A stretch of DNA of 64,000 nucleotides from Planctomycetaceae bacterium (lineage in GTDB: Bacteria > Planctomycetota > Phycisphaerae > Phycisphaerales > SM1A02). The position numbers were made by a program, and so were the translations under genes. The notes below the pieces were generated by a model. That model did not search any database and was not told where the DNA came from. It worked only from the letters and a program-made list of their open reading frames with translations. Shown in pieces: positions 18,847 to 27,786 of the stretch (position 1 is its first letter; each line of letters starts with the position of its first letter). The stretch spans positions 40,370 through 104,369 of the forward strand of contig JAJTGL010000003.1 of the NCBI GenBank assembly GCA_021297795.1. Reading direction: 5' to 3'.

Positions 18847-20178
18847 TCACGCCTCAAACAGCCCGGAAACCTCGCGGGCAAGTCGTACGCTTCCGTCCGG
18901 AGAAATCAGGCGGTCATTTCCGTCCAACCGCCCATCCGCCGCGAGTTCACGCAACTCCGCGATCGTGAAGGGCCCGAAGCGTGATCCATCCTCGAGTTCG
19001 ATGTGAAGGGTGCGAACGACGCGATCGACGATGCGCGGGGGCAGCATCCGAGACGGTGGGCTCTGCTGCGTGGATGTCTCCGAACGCGAGTGGCCCGCAC
19101 CGGCAGCCTCTCGGTCAACTCCCTGCTTTGGATTCTCCACCGCCGGAACCTCGGCCATCAAGCTCGGACTTGGCGTCGTGCTTTCGCTCGAGGGCATGGA
19201 GGCACTCGGATCATCGTGAGTGTTTGACGGGGCCACACGCACGCTGGGGACAAGCGGCTTCTCCGTGGCATCGCCATCCGTGCGTATGACCACACGACGT
19301 GCGGACTCGTGGACCTTGTGCACTCCGATCTTGGTCATGGGCTTCCGGTCCGCAGCCGACGGCGCGCTCGCGTCGAAAGGAGCGGGACTCGCTGAAACGC
19401 GCGCGTCGCCGCGGGAGGCGGAGTCCGCGAGCGGGATCGGAGAGTCGCTGCCATCGTTCAGTGGGTCCCCTGAGACCGTTGCAGTCGGTTCGCCCGAAGC
19501 AACGGCCCCGAGCGTCGTCGCTCCCTGTGGAGCACGCTTCGCAAGCACACGCTCCCCGTTCACCAGCGCGTATGCGAGCCAGCCGGTTGTCGCGATCGTC
19601 ACACCCGCTTGGATGCGGTCACCGGTGGTCGACTCCTTCGCCGTCAGCTTCTTCCAGTTCTCAATCAGTACCAGCACAATGAGGAGACCGGCGACGATCT
19701 TGAAGACGCCCACAGCCACGCCGAATCCGCCTCGGCCGTTGTGCTCGAATGCCCGCTCGAAGCTCGACCAACCGAGCAGCAGGCCGAAGCCCCCGACGCA
19801 GAGACCGGCGATCAGCATGACGAGCGAGAGGCCGTGCTCGACGGCTCCGCCGATCAGGCCGCCTCCGATGAAGATCACGACCACACTGCCGAAGGAGAGG
19901 AAAAAGTCCCCCCAGTCCTCAAAAATGACCACTTCATCCCTCGCTCCTTTGAAGGTGAGCCAGATCGCCCCTCCGAGGAGAGTGAGCACGACCGCAAAGA
20001 CGACCAACATGAGCAGGGCGAGCAACTCCTGTCCGATCCAACCGCCGAGTCCTTGGGCCTCCGCGAGGACGCTCACGATTGCGCCAGGCGTCGGGGACAG
20101 TCGAGCCACGGGGCCAACGTCGATGTCTCCGGTGGAAGTGCCTACGCGAAAGAAGCTTGCAAGGATGCAGCTGCTCAT
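18847..20178 (-). CDS. multi-pass membrane protein with C-terminal GYF_2-like domain
   Basis: About five hydrophobic helices occupy the N-terminal half, followed by a disordered linker. The C-terminus VRTLHIELEDGSRFGPFTIAELRELAADGRLDGNDRLISPDGSVRLAREV fits the GYF_2 (DUF4339) pattern. The exact start is uncertain. Confidence 0.55.
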   Translation of the reverse strand: MSSCILASFFRVGTSTGDIDVGPVARLSPTPGAIVSVLAEAQGLGGWIGQELLALLMLVVFAVVLTLLGGAIWLTFKGARDEVVIFEDWGDFFLSFGSVVVIFIGGGLIGGAVEHGLSLVMLIAGLCVGGFGLLLGWSSFERAFEHNGRGGFGVAVGVFKIVAGLLIVLVLIENWKKLTAKESTTGDRIQAGVTIATTGWLAYALVNGERVLAKRAPQGATTLGAVASGEPTATVSGDPLNDGSDSPIPLADSASRGDARVSASPAPFDASAPSAADRKPMTKIGVHKVHESARRVVIRTDGDATEKPLVPSVRVAPSNTHDDPSASMPSSESTTPSPSLMAEVPAVENPKQGVDREAAGAGHSRSETSTQQSPPSRMLPPRIVDRVVRTLHIELEDGSRFGPFTIAELRELAADGRLDGNDRLISPDGSVRLAREVSGLFEA

Positions 20179-20306
20179 GCCGCAACGCCCGCGCCGTTGA
20201 TGATCATGACGTCAGTGAGGCGCCCGCCGTGTCTGCAAGCGCTCGGAATCCTTCCCTCAGAAAAAATCCCCGAGACCAACCGTGGTCTGCCGCCTCCGCG
20301 GGCTGT

Positions 20307-22355
20307 TTAGCGAATCTCAGCTTGCCCTGACGGCTCCGACGGCGCCCCGGACGCCTCCCGCCACCGCGCAGGCCGGGGATCGCCGGGAATCTGCTGCTCG
20401 AGTCCATTGGCGAGCGCCGCCAGTTCTGCGCGGTCGGCCTCGGATGCTGTTCCGCGGAGGCAGTCGATCGCAAGGACCTCGCCGCGCCATCCGAGGGCGA
20501 GCAGTTCCTCGAACTCGAGTTGCCGCGCGAACGGCGGCGTCGGTATGGGCCATCCTTGGAGCGACTCGAGATAGGCAGCGCGTGCGTCGTCGGCGCGCCC
20601 CTGCACACGATCGTGGTCGGCGAGGAAGCCCCGCACCTGCCGAGTGAGGAAGTGCGACGGACCGTTCCTCGAGAGCGCCAATGCAAGGCCCTGCTCGAGC
20701 GAGGCTCGGGCTTCCTCATGCCGTTTCAGGAAGTCGAGCAACATCCCACGCTCGATGCGGATCTCGATGGCGCTCGGCATGGTGTCTCCAAGCGCCTCGT
20801 GACGCGCGAGCGCCGCGTCGGCGAGCGCAAGCCCTTCCGACGCACGTGAGGAGCCCTGCCGTCGCAGCGCGCCGACGAGCTGGGTGTTGATCAGCGCCGC
20901 ATCGCCCTGGCGATCAGGCGCGCGCTCGGCCTGCGCCAGCAGGCCTCGGAAGATCGCCTCGCTCTCCGCGTGACGCGAGGCCCGATCGAGCGCGCGGGCG
21001 AGCGTGAGCGCGCTCCGCTGCGATTCAACCGCGTCGGCGCCGAGCAGTTCGACGTTCACCGCATGCATGGAGGACGCGATCGCGACCGCCTGCGATCGGT
21101 CGGCCACGATGTCGCCGCGCGCGCGTCCGGTCAACGGGACGAGGCTCTTGCGGGTCTCCTCGAGGAGTTCGGTGAGCCGCGCGCGTCGGCCCGCCTCCTC
21201 CTCCGCCCGCGTGCGCTCGTGGATCGCAAGCACGGAGAGAAGCGCGACCACCGAGGCGACGGCGATCGCTCCAAGCGCGATCGCGACGCGATGCCTCCGC
21301 AGGACGAACGCGACGGTGTATCCGGAATCGCGTGGTGCCGCGGCGATCGGCTGGCCGAGTCGCTTGCGCGCGAGATCCTCGGCAAGCGCGTCCGCCGTGG
21401 CGTATCGCTCGCGAGGATCGGTCGCGCAGGCCTTCGCGACGATCCAGTCGGTCTCGCCGCGGAGGCGACGATCACCCGCGAGTCTCGAGGGAACAGGTAC
21501 GGCGCGCGTGGCGGCGGCGCGAAGCCGGACGCCCATCGGCGGCTGCTCGGCCGGAGCATGCTCCGCCGCTTCCGCGCCGGCCGCACCCGGCACCCGGCCC
21601 GCAAGCAGCAGACATGCGACCAGGCCAAGCGCGTAGACGTCGCTCGAGGGACCGACGCGCGCGGCGTCGAGGTCGCCCTGCTCGGGGCTCATGAACTCGG
21701 GCGTCCCCACCACCGCGCCCACGCGCGTCGCGGTCGCGTCCGGGGCCGTCGTCGGGCCAGCTCCGTCGTCGCCTCGCAACTTGGCGATCCCGAAGTCGAT
21801 GACGTGCACCTCGGGCCGATCGATCGGCCCCGAGACGAGGATGTTCCCCGGCTTGAGATCGCGATGCACGATGCCGAGCGCATGCGCGGCGCCGACCGCC
21901 TCCGCAGCACGCTCGATCAGGAGGAGGCGCACGCCGACATCGGCGCGGTGCCGCGCACACCAGCGATCGATCGGTTCACCGGCGACGAAGGGCATGGCGA
22001 ACCATGGCCGCGGCCCTCGCGCCGCGGTCGGTTCCGTTTCACCGCACTCAAGAAGCGGCACGACCCCCGGATGCTGGAGCCGCGCGAGGAGTGCCCGCTC
22101 GCGCCTAAAGCGCCCCGCGATGCCTCCACGCGCGTCGCCATCGAAGAGGATCTTCACTGCGACCTCGCGCGCGACCGGAGCCTGCTGCCGCGCGCGATAC
22201 ACAGCACTGTGCGTACCGCGACCGATCTCCTCGAGAAGTTCGAAGGGGCCGATCCGCTCACCGACGCCAGGCGGCTCCGCACGCGCCATCTCCAGCAGGC
22301 GCAACGCGGCATCGATGGGAGTCGCGGCGGCTCCCGACTCTCCACCGGCGTCCAT
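20307..22355 (-). CDS. Ser/Thr protein kinase with TM segment and C-terminal TPR-like domain
   Basis: GRGTHSAVYRA...VAVKIL, HRDLKPGNILV, VIDFGIAK and GTPEFMSPEQ are Hanks kinase subdomains. A TM helix follows (VAIALGAIAVASVVALLSVLAI), then a helical repeat region. I place the start at the ATG at 22355 (MDAGGES), inside ORF 20307..23276. Confidence 0.9.
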   Translation of the reverse strand: MDAGGESGAAATPIDAALRLLEMARAEPPGVGERIGPFELLEEIGRGTHSAVYRARQQAPVAREVAVKILFDGDARGGIAGRFRRERALLARLQHPGVVPLLECGETEPTAARGPRPWFAMPFVAGEPIDRWCARHRADVGVRLLLIERAAEAVGAAHALGIVHRDLKPGNILVSGPIDRPEVHVIDFGIAKLRGDDGAGPTTAPDATATRVGAVVGTPEFMSPEQGDLDAARVGPSSDVYALGLVACLLLAGRVPGAAGAEAAEHAPAEQPPMGVRLRAAATRAVPVPSRLAGDRRLRGETDWIVAKACATDPRERYATADALAEDLARKRLGQPIAAAPRDSGYTVAFVLRRHRVAIALGAIAVASVVALLSVLAIHERTRAEEEAGRRARLTELLEETRKSLVPLTGRARGDIVADRSQAVAIASSMHAVNVELLGADAVESQRSALTLARALDRASRHAESEAIFRGLLAQAERAPDRQGDAALINTQLVGALRRQGSSRASEGLALADAALARHEALGDTMPSAIEIRIERGMLLDFLKRHEEARASLEQGLALALSRNGPSHFLTRQVRGFLADHDRVQGRADDARAAYLESLQGWPIPTPPFARQLEFEELLALGWRGEVLAIDCLRGTASEADRAELAALANGLEQQIPGDPRPARWREASGAPSEPSGQAEIR

Positions 22356-22369
22356 GCCCGAGTCCCCGC

Positions 22370-23059
22370 TCACGGCCTCAACGCCTCCATCAGGCGGACG
22401 ATCTCGCGATCGAGTTCGCCGTCCTCGATCCCCTCCTCGGCGAGCACCTCCGCGACCGCACGGCGGAACTTGGCCGTCACCGTACGCACCTGCCCCCCGC
22501 ACTGCGAAAGCGAAAGCCCGAGCGCAGGGCCGATCGTCTCGTAGGGTTGCCTGTCGATCGTGTGGCGCACAAAGACCTCGTAGTGGCGGCTCTGCCCGAC
22601 CTCGCGGCAGGCCGCCTCGGTGCGCGCGAGTGCCTCGGCGACCACCGCACGGGCGGCCTCGCGTTCGAACGTTCGTTCCGCACCACCCTCCTCGGAGGAA
22701 GTGGCGCCGGTGGTGGGCTCCGGAAGCCTGCGATCGCGCGCAGCCCTCCGAGCCTCCTCCTTCAGATAGAAGTTGAGCGCGTTCAGAAGCCAGCGGCGCA
22801 ACGGAATCTCGCGGGATCGGCATGCATCGCGCCACCCCTGCAGCCAGTCCGATCGAGAGAGACGGTCCGCGAGGAACCCCGCCACGATGTCCTCGGGATC
22901 GCCGAGATTCCGGAAGCTCGTCGCGCCGAAGTAGATGCGGAGCGGTCGTTCGTAGAGCCGGATCAGGTGTGCGGCGACCGCCTGCGGATCGCCCCCGTCG
23001 AGCGCCTCGTGGACGAGCGTACGGGGAGTGGGTGGGAAGTGATCCTGCACCTCGGTCAA
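22370..23059 (-). CDS. ECF-like sigma factor of the Ser/Thr-kinase-associated type
   Basis: The region 2-like segment reads DPEDIVAGFLADRL...PLRRWLLNALNFYLKEEAR. The region 4 HTH reads FVRHTIDRQPYETIGPALGLSLSQCGGQVRTVTAKFRRAV. The proposed TTG start at 23059 is preceded by agggg and overlaps the upstream stop (TTGA). The gene ends 15 nt before the kinase start. A paralogue lies at 25608..26327. Confidence 0.7.
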   Translation of the reverse strand: MTEVQDHFPPTPRTLVHEALDGGDPQAVAAHLIRLYERPLRIYFGATSFRNLGDPEDIVAGFLADRLSRSDWLQGWRDACRSREIPLRRWLLNALNFYLKEEARRAARDRRLPEPTTGATSSEEGGAERTFEREAARAVVAEALARTEAACREVGQSRHYEVFVRHTIDRQPYETIGPALGLSLSQCGGQVRTVTAKFRRAVAEVLAEEGIEDGELDREIVRLMEALRP

Positions 23060-23457
23060 GGTTGCCCCTGTGCGTTGCGCTCGATGCGCCGCTCGCGAAG
23101 GACATCCTCCTCGGCGGCCTCCTCCTCGACCCAGCGAGGCACCGCCTTCGACACGACAAGCCCCTTCTCGTCGAACACGACCGAATAGGCGCGGTCGGGA
23201 TCGCCGCGGAACGCCACGCTCGACGCGAGGCTCGAGATCCCGTCGCCCCACTGGAGGCGCGTGCCCGCCATTCCATCGAGTTTGTGCGAGAGCGGCCAGG
23301 TCGAGCTCGGCGGGCCGAGCAGCGCCACGACGTCGTCCTTCGACATCCCCTGCTCGACGCGCGCGAACCCCTCTTCCACCCGCTGCGAGGCGCACGCGAA
23401 GAGCGTCAGCATTGCGGTCGCCGGAGCGAGCAGTCGAAGTCGGAGGGATGGTCGCAT
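23056..23457 (-). CDS. lipoprotein, SmpA/OmlA (BamE)-like
   Basis: The lipobox is LTLFAC. GMSKDDVVALLGPPS is typical of BamE/SmpA_OmlA domains. This is the first gene of the lipoprotein-sigma-kinase string. Confidence 0.6.
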   Translation of the reverse strand: MRPSLRLRLLAPATAMLTLFACASQRVEEGFARVEQGMSKDDVVALLGPPSSTWPLSHKLDGMAGTRLQWGDGISSLASSVAFRGDPDRAYSVVFDEKGLVVSKAVPRWVEEEAAEEDVLRERRIERNAQGQP

Positions 23458-23567
23458 CGCCGCATCCTCCCGGGAACTCCGCGCGGCGACAAGCCTCCAC
23501 TGCGCGGACAGGCCGCATTTGGGCCGCGACCGGGCGCGCGCGAACCTCGCCTCGGTACGCTAGTGGC

Positions 23568-25448
23568 ATGACTCCCGCGACCGCTGAAACCGCCCCCTCG
23601 AGCACGAAGACCTTCACGCTGGCGGACGCCCCCAGCCGCGCCATCGCAGTGCTCGTGGCCGCGCACGGAGAATCGCAGCGTCGCGCGATCGAGGCCGGTG
23701 TCGGCCGGATCGCCGCGCGGTGGAGCGAGAAGGACGGCGACGCGGCGGCGTTCGAGGCGTTCGCGACCAGGCACTTCGTCTCCGACACCGCCGAGCGGAC
23801 GCGCCTGCTCGCGCGGCTCGAGAAGGCGCTCGAGCAGATCGACGGACACCTCTACGAGATGCGCCGCACCCTGCGCCGACACCACGACCTGCGCGGCGAC
23901 GAGTTCCCCGGCGTCGACGACATCCTCGCGCAATTCGACCCGGCGCCCGACCTCTCCGAGCAGCTCTACAAGCAGAAGATCGCGCACCTCGCGCTTCTCA
24001 ACTTCGAGCGACCGACGCTTGCGACGATGCTCAACCAGGGTCCGGCCTGGACCGACGCCGACTGGGCTTCGGCACGCGTCGCGCACAACTTCGGTCCGCG
24101 CATACCGGTGGAACTCGCCGACCGCGCGCGAAAGGTCGCGTTCGAGAGCGGCAAGTTCGTCAGTCACTTCCACGTGCCCGTCGGCGGAGTCGTCGATGCG
24201 AACGGCAAGCGCTGGTTCGAGGCCGACCGCAAGCTGATCGCCCACTGGCTCGTCCGGGAGGAGATCAAGGCCGGCTACGGCGATCCGGACGGCGTGCTCA
24301 AGCAGCGGGCGCTGTCGTGGGTCATGGCGCGTCACATCGATGGCTCGATCCCGAGGCGCGTGATGTCGGGCGAGGAGAAGCGCGACTGGAACCCCGAGAA
24401 AAACACGGTTTCCGGCAGTGATCCCGGCGAGCTCCTCGGACTCGAGCGCTACGAGCACTGGATCGCGAATTTCCGCATGGCGCGCGAGTTCGACCCGCTC
24501 TACCCGGACGAGCCGACCGCGATCGCACGCAAGTTCGCGCTCGAGCGCGAGATGCCCGAGACCGAGGTCGAGAAGCTGATGACCGATCTTCTCGATGCCC
24601 CGGTGCGTCGCGATCTCGCGGCGTTCATGTCGAGGAAGCTCGGTCGCGCGCTCGAGCCGTTCGACATCTACTTCGAGGACGTGGTCGAGGCGAAGCCCGC
24701 GACCGAGATGAACGCGGCCGTGAAGGCCCGCTTCGCCGACATCAAGGACTTCGAGCGCAAGCTCCCGACCGTGCTCCGTGAACTCGGCTTCGACGCGAAG
24801 GACGCCGACTTCCTCGGGTCGCACGTGCGCGCCGAGGTCTGCAAGGGCGCGGGGCACGCGATGCGGCCGTACCTCGAGGGCTACGGAGCATGGCTGCGCA
24901 CCTCGAGCCTCGAGAAGGAACTCGGCTGGGACGGCTTCGACACCGCGATGCACGAGCTCGGACACAACCTCGAGCAGCTGTGCTCGACCTACTTCGTCTC
25001 GCGGCCGGCGCTGCGCGGCGTCCCGAACACCGCGTGCACCGAGGCGTTCGCGTTCCTCTACCAGTCGCTTGCGAAGCGGTGGCGCTGGCTCTACGCGAAT
25101 CCGACCGCGACGCCGGCAACGCTCCGCGCCGAGGTCCTGCGGATCGCCGAGGATCTGTGGAAGCGCTTCTACGAGCGTGATTTCGGCGCCGATCCCTACC
25201 GGATCCTCGCCGCCTACCAGCACATGATCTCCTACCCGCTCTATCTGCCCGACTACACCCTCGGGCACATGATGAGCCACCAGATCAGGTCCTATATGCG
25301 TGGGAAGGATCTGGCCCACGAGACCAAGCGGATCACGAGCCTCGGTTGCCTGACACCCGACCTCTGGATGCGGAAGGCGGTGGGAAGCCCGGTTTCGGCG
25401 CTCCCGCTCGCCCAGGACGCCGCCGAGGGGCTGCCGCTCCTGCAGTGA
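23568..25448 (+). CDS. HExxH zinc metallopeptidase (M3/oligoendopeptidase-like)
   Basis: It has an MHELGHNLEQ zinc-binding motif, is a largely helical protein of about 626 aa and shows no signal peptide. The start is the ATG at 23568, inside ORF 23070..25448. The family assignment is tentative. Confidence 0.6.
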   Translation: MTPATAETAPSSTKTFTLADAPSRAIAVLVAAHGESQRRAIEAGVGRIAARWSEKDGDAAAFEAFATRHFVSDTAERTRLLARLEKALEQIDGHLYEMRRTLRRHHDLRGDEFPGVDDILAQFDPAPDLSEQLYKQKIAHLALLNFERPTLATMLNQGPAWTDADWASARVAHNFGPRIPVELADRARKVAFESGKFVSHFHVPVGGVVDANGKRWFEADRKLIAHWLVREEIKAGYGDPDGVLKQRALSWVMARHIDGSIPRRVMSGEEKRDWNPEKNTVSGSDPGELLGLERYEHWIANFRMAREFDPLYPDEPTAIARKFALEREMPETEVEKLMTDLLDAPVRRDLAAFMSRKLGRALEPFDIYFEDVVEAKPATEMNAAVKARFADIKDFERKLPTVLRELGFDAKDADFLGSHVRAEVCKGAGHAMRPYLEGYGAWLRTSSLEKELGWDGFDTAMHELGHNLEQLCSTYFVSRPALRGVPNTACTEAFAFLYQSLAKRWRWLYANPTATPATLRAEVLRIAEDLWKRFYERDFGADPYRILAAYQHMISYPLYLPDYTLGHMMSHQIRSYMRGKDLAHETKRITSLGCLTPDLWMRKAVGSPVSALPLAQDAAEGLPLLQ

Positions 25449-25607
25449 GTTGACTCAACTCCCGGAAATGTCGGGAGTTGCCCCGCAGAATCTGAACGTC
25501 CGGCGCTCTTCTCCGATGGAGGATGCGAACCGGGTCCGGTCATGTGCCGATAGTCCGGCGTCCGAGCGCTTGCATGAAGCCCTCGGCGCCAGCGATCGGA
25601 ACACCCC

Positions 25608-26327
25608 ATGAGCGAATCTTCGGCACGAAGCACCCCTCCATCGAGGCGCGACTCCTTCCCGGCAACCCAGCGGGGATGGCTTGTCGCGCAACTGGCTCAG
25701 GGCGCACAGGGACTCGCACGGATCAACGCGTACATCATGGAGACCTACGCAGAACCTCTCGGGAACTACGTCGCCGGATCGAGCTTCCGCTCGCTCGGCA
25801 CGCCCAAGGACCTCGTGTCCGGGTTCTTCGCGTCGCGTCTCGCGCAGCCGGCGTACTTCGACCGCTGGATCGAGAGCAACCTGCCGCTGCGTCGCTGGCT
25901 GATCAACGGGTTCCTCTTCTTCCTCCAGGAGGAGCTGCGACGTCGCAAGAGCGAGCGCGCGGACTCGCTCGCGAGCACCGCGATCGATGAGCCACGCTCG
26001 AATGCCGAGACCGCGGTCGAGGAGTTCGACCGAATCTGGGCCGCCTCGATGGTGCGCTCCGCGGCGAATGCCGCGCGCGAACGATGCGTGCACGAGGGTT
26101 TCGAGAAGCACTGGAGCATGTTCGAGCGCCACTTCGTGCATGGCGTGTCGTATGCCGATCTCGCGGTCGAGTTCGAGGTGACCGGTGGCCAGAGCGCCAG
26201 CATGGTGCGCACCGCGTCGATTCGCTTCAGGCAGGCCGTGGTCGACCTCCTCCTCAAGGATGGTGCGACCGAGGAAGAGCTCGACGACGAGATCGCGAGA
26301 CTGATGAGGGCGCTGAAGCCCGGCTGA
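25608..26327 (+). CDS. ECF-like sigma factor, paralogue of 22370..23059
   Basis: It aligns by eye along its whole length with the kinase-linked sigma. Examples are YAEPLGNYVAGSSFRSLGTPKDLVSGFFASRL vs YERPLRIYFGATSFRNLGDPEDIVAGFLADRL, LPLRRWLINGFLFFLQEE vs IPLRRWLLNALNFYLKEE, and the C-termini DDEIARLMRAL vs DREIVRLMEAL. Confidence 0.7.
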   Translation: MSESSARSTPPSRRDSFPATQRGWLVAQLAQGAQGLARINAYIMETYAEPLGNYVAGSSFRSLGTPKDLVSGFFASRLAQPAYFDRWIESNLPLRRWLINGFLFFLQEELRRRKSERADSLASTAIDEPRSNAETAVEEFDRIWAASMVRSAANAARERCVHEGFEKHWSMFERHFVHGVSYADLAVEFEVTGGQSASMVRTASIRFRQAVVDLLLKDGATEEELDDEIARLMRALKPG

Positions 26328-26416
26328 GAACGGGCGGACCGCACAACACGGGGAAATGAACCGCGCGGGGCGACCTGCGCGGCGGATGGAAACAGGGATC
26401 GGTTCAAGAGCTGTTC

Positions 26417-26890
26417 ATGAACCACGATATGGAACGCTTCAACGACATCCCCGCGAACACCGATTGCCTCGGCATGCTCTCATCCCTTGGCGACGAGACC
26501 GATCCACTGCTTCTTCGAGTGGTGGATCGCGCCCGCCGCCGCGACGGGCTGCTGCCGACCGCGCGGTCGATCGAGTCGGGACCGCTCGCCGCCGCAGGCT
26601 GCGCGACAGGGCTCTTCTTCGATGGCGGCGCGTCGGACGAGGACTTCCTGCTCGCACGCGTTGCCTGCGAGGCGATGCGGGACACGGGCAGTGCAGCCGA
26701 GCGAGAACTCGCTGCCCTCAGTCTTGCGATTCTCGAGGCGAGTTCGATCATCTATCGCCGCCGCCTGGTGGTGTCGGAATCGGCCCGCGAGGCCGATGCC
26801 CGTCTCGCTGCTGCGGCCGCTGGTCTTCCGTCCGCCTGGGCCCGTCTGATCCACGCCGCGATGCGCATGCCGATCCGCGCGAGCGCGTGA
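26417..26890 (+). CDS. hypothetical protein downstream of the paralogous sigma
   Basis: It is an open frame of 157 aa on the same strand, 90 nt after the sigma gene. I recognise no motif and no TM segment. Confidence 0.4.
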   Translation: MNHDMERFNDIPANTDCLGMLSSLGDETDPLLLRVVDRARRRDGLLPTARSIESGPLAAAGCATGLFFDGGASDEDFLLARVACEAMRDTGSAAERELAALSLAILEASSIIYRRRLVVSESAREADARLAAAAAGLPSAWARLIHAAMRMPIRASA

Positions 26891-27004
26891 CGCTCGCGGA
26901 GATGCGGCGCGTACAACGGACTGGCGCCGTGCTCCTGCTGCGGCCGGGATTCATCCCGGGCACCCGGTCCGGCGCGGCTCTCACGACATCGCGATGCGGG
27001 TCAA

Positions 27005-27072
27005 CGCGAAGTGCACGCCAACGTGAAGTGCACGCCAACGTGAAGTGCACGCCAACGTGAAGTGCACGCCAA
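27005..27072. repeat. 17-bp tandem repeat (cg[ct]gaagtgcacgccaa x4)
   Basis: Read directly from the sequence. It lies in the gap between the convergent genes 26417..26890 and iscA. Confidence 0.9.
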
Positions 27073-27090
27073 AGCGAGCGAGTTGCGAAG

Positions 27091-27182
27091 CAGTTCGCGA
27101 GCGCTCCGTCACGCAGTTCGCGAGCGCTCCGTCACGCAGTTCGCGAGCGCTCCGTCACGCAGTTCGCGTGCGCTCTATCACG
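27091..27182. repeat. 23-bp tandem repeat (cagttcgcgagcgctccgtcacg x3 plus 1 degenerate)
   Basis: Read directly from the sequence. It lies immediately next to the 17-bp repeat. Confidence 0.9.
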
Positions 27183-27262
27183 CGCCCTCTCGGCCCGCCG
27201 CGATTCACTCGCGGTGAGGCCGGCCAGGGCGAGCGAAAGCGACGCGAGTCGCGATCGTTCCA

Positions 27263-27697
27263 TCACGCGCTGAAGCTGGAGCCGCAACCGCAGGTCGAGG
27301 TCGAGTTCGGGTTGTTGAAGACGAACCCGGAGCCCATGATCTCGTCCTTGTAGTCGATCGACGTGCCGTTCAGATAGAGATAGCTCTTCGGATCGCACAC
27401 GATCGTGACCGAGAAGGTCTCGTCGGTCGTGGTCGCCGTGGCCGTCGTCGTGCCGCCGGCATCGCCACTCGACTCGCCCAGCGCCGCAGCGGAGACGCGC
27501 GGCGTGCGGCTGTAGGTGAACGTCCAGGCCTCGTCCGACTCCTTCTGGACCTCGGTGAGGTCGAGCGTGTAGTTGAAGCCGGAGCATCCGCCGCCCTTGA
27601 CGCCCACGCGGAGCTTCATGGTGGCGGGATCAAAGCCGTGCTCCGCGATGATCTGGTCGATGCGGCGAGCGGCGGTCTCGGTGACGGTGACGGGCAT
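27263..27697 (-). CDS. iscA: iron-sulfur cluster insertion protein (IscA/ErpA/HesB family) with an internal low-complexity insertion
   Basis: MPVTVTETAARRIDQI, LRVGVKGGGCSGFNY and the C-terminal NPNSTSTCGCGSSFSA are present. The start is the ATG at 27697, inside ORF 27263..28096. Confidence 0.85.
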   Translation of the reverse strand: MPVTVTETAARRIDQIIAEHGFDPATMKLRVGVKGGGCSGFNYTLDLTEVQKESDEAWTFTYSRTPRVSAAALGESSGDAGGTTTATATTTDETFSVTIVCDPKSYLYLNGTSIDYKDEIMGSGFVFNNPNSTSTCGCGSSFSA

Positions 27698-27786
27698 GGT
27701 GCGTGTCCTTGCTGCAGTGGCCTTGCTGCGTGGCCGGGCTGTATGTCCGGGTTGCGTGGATCTCGTGACGACCCAGACAGGATGGT

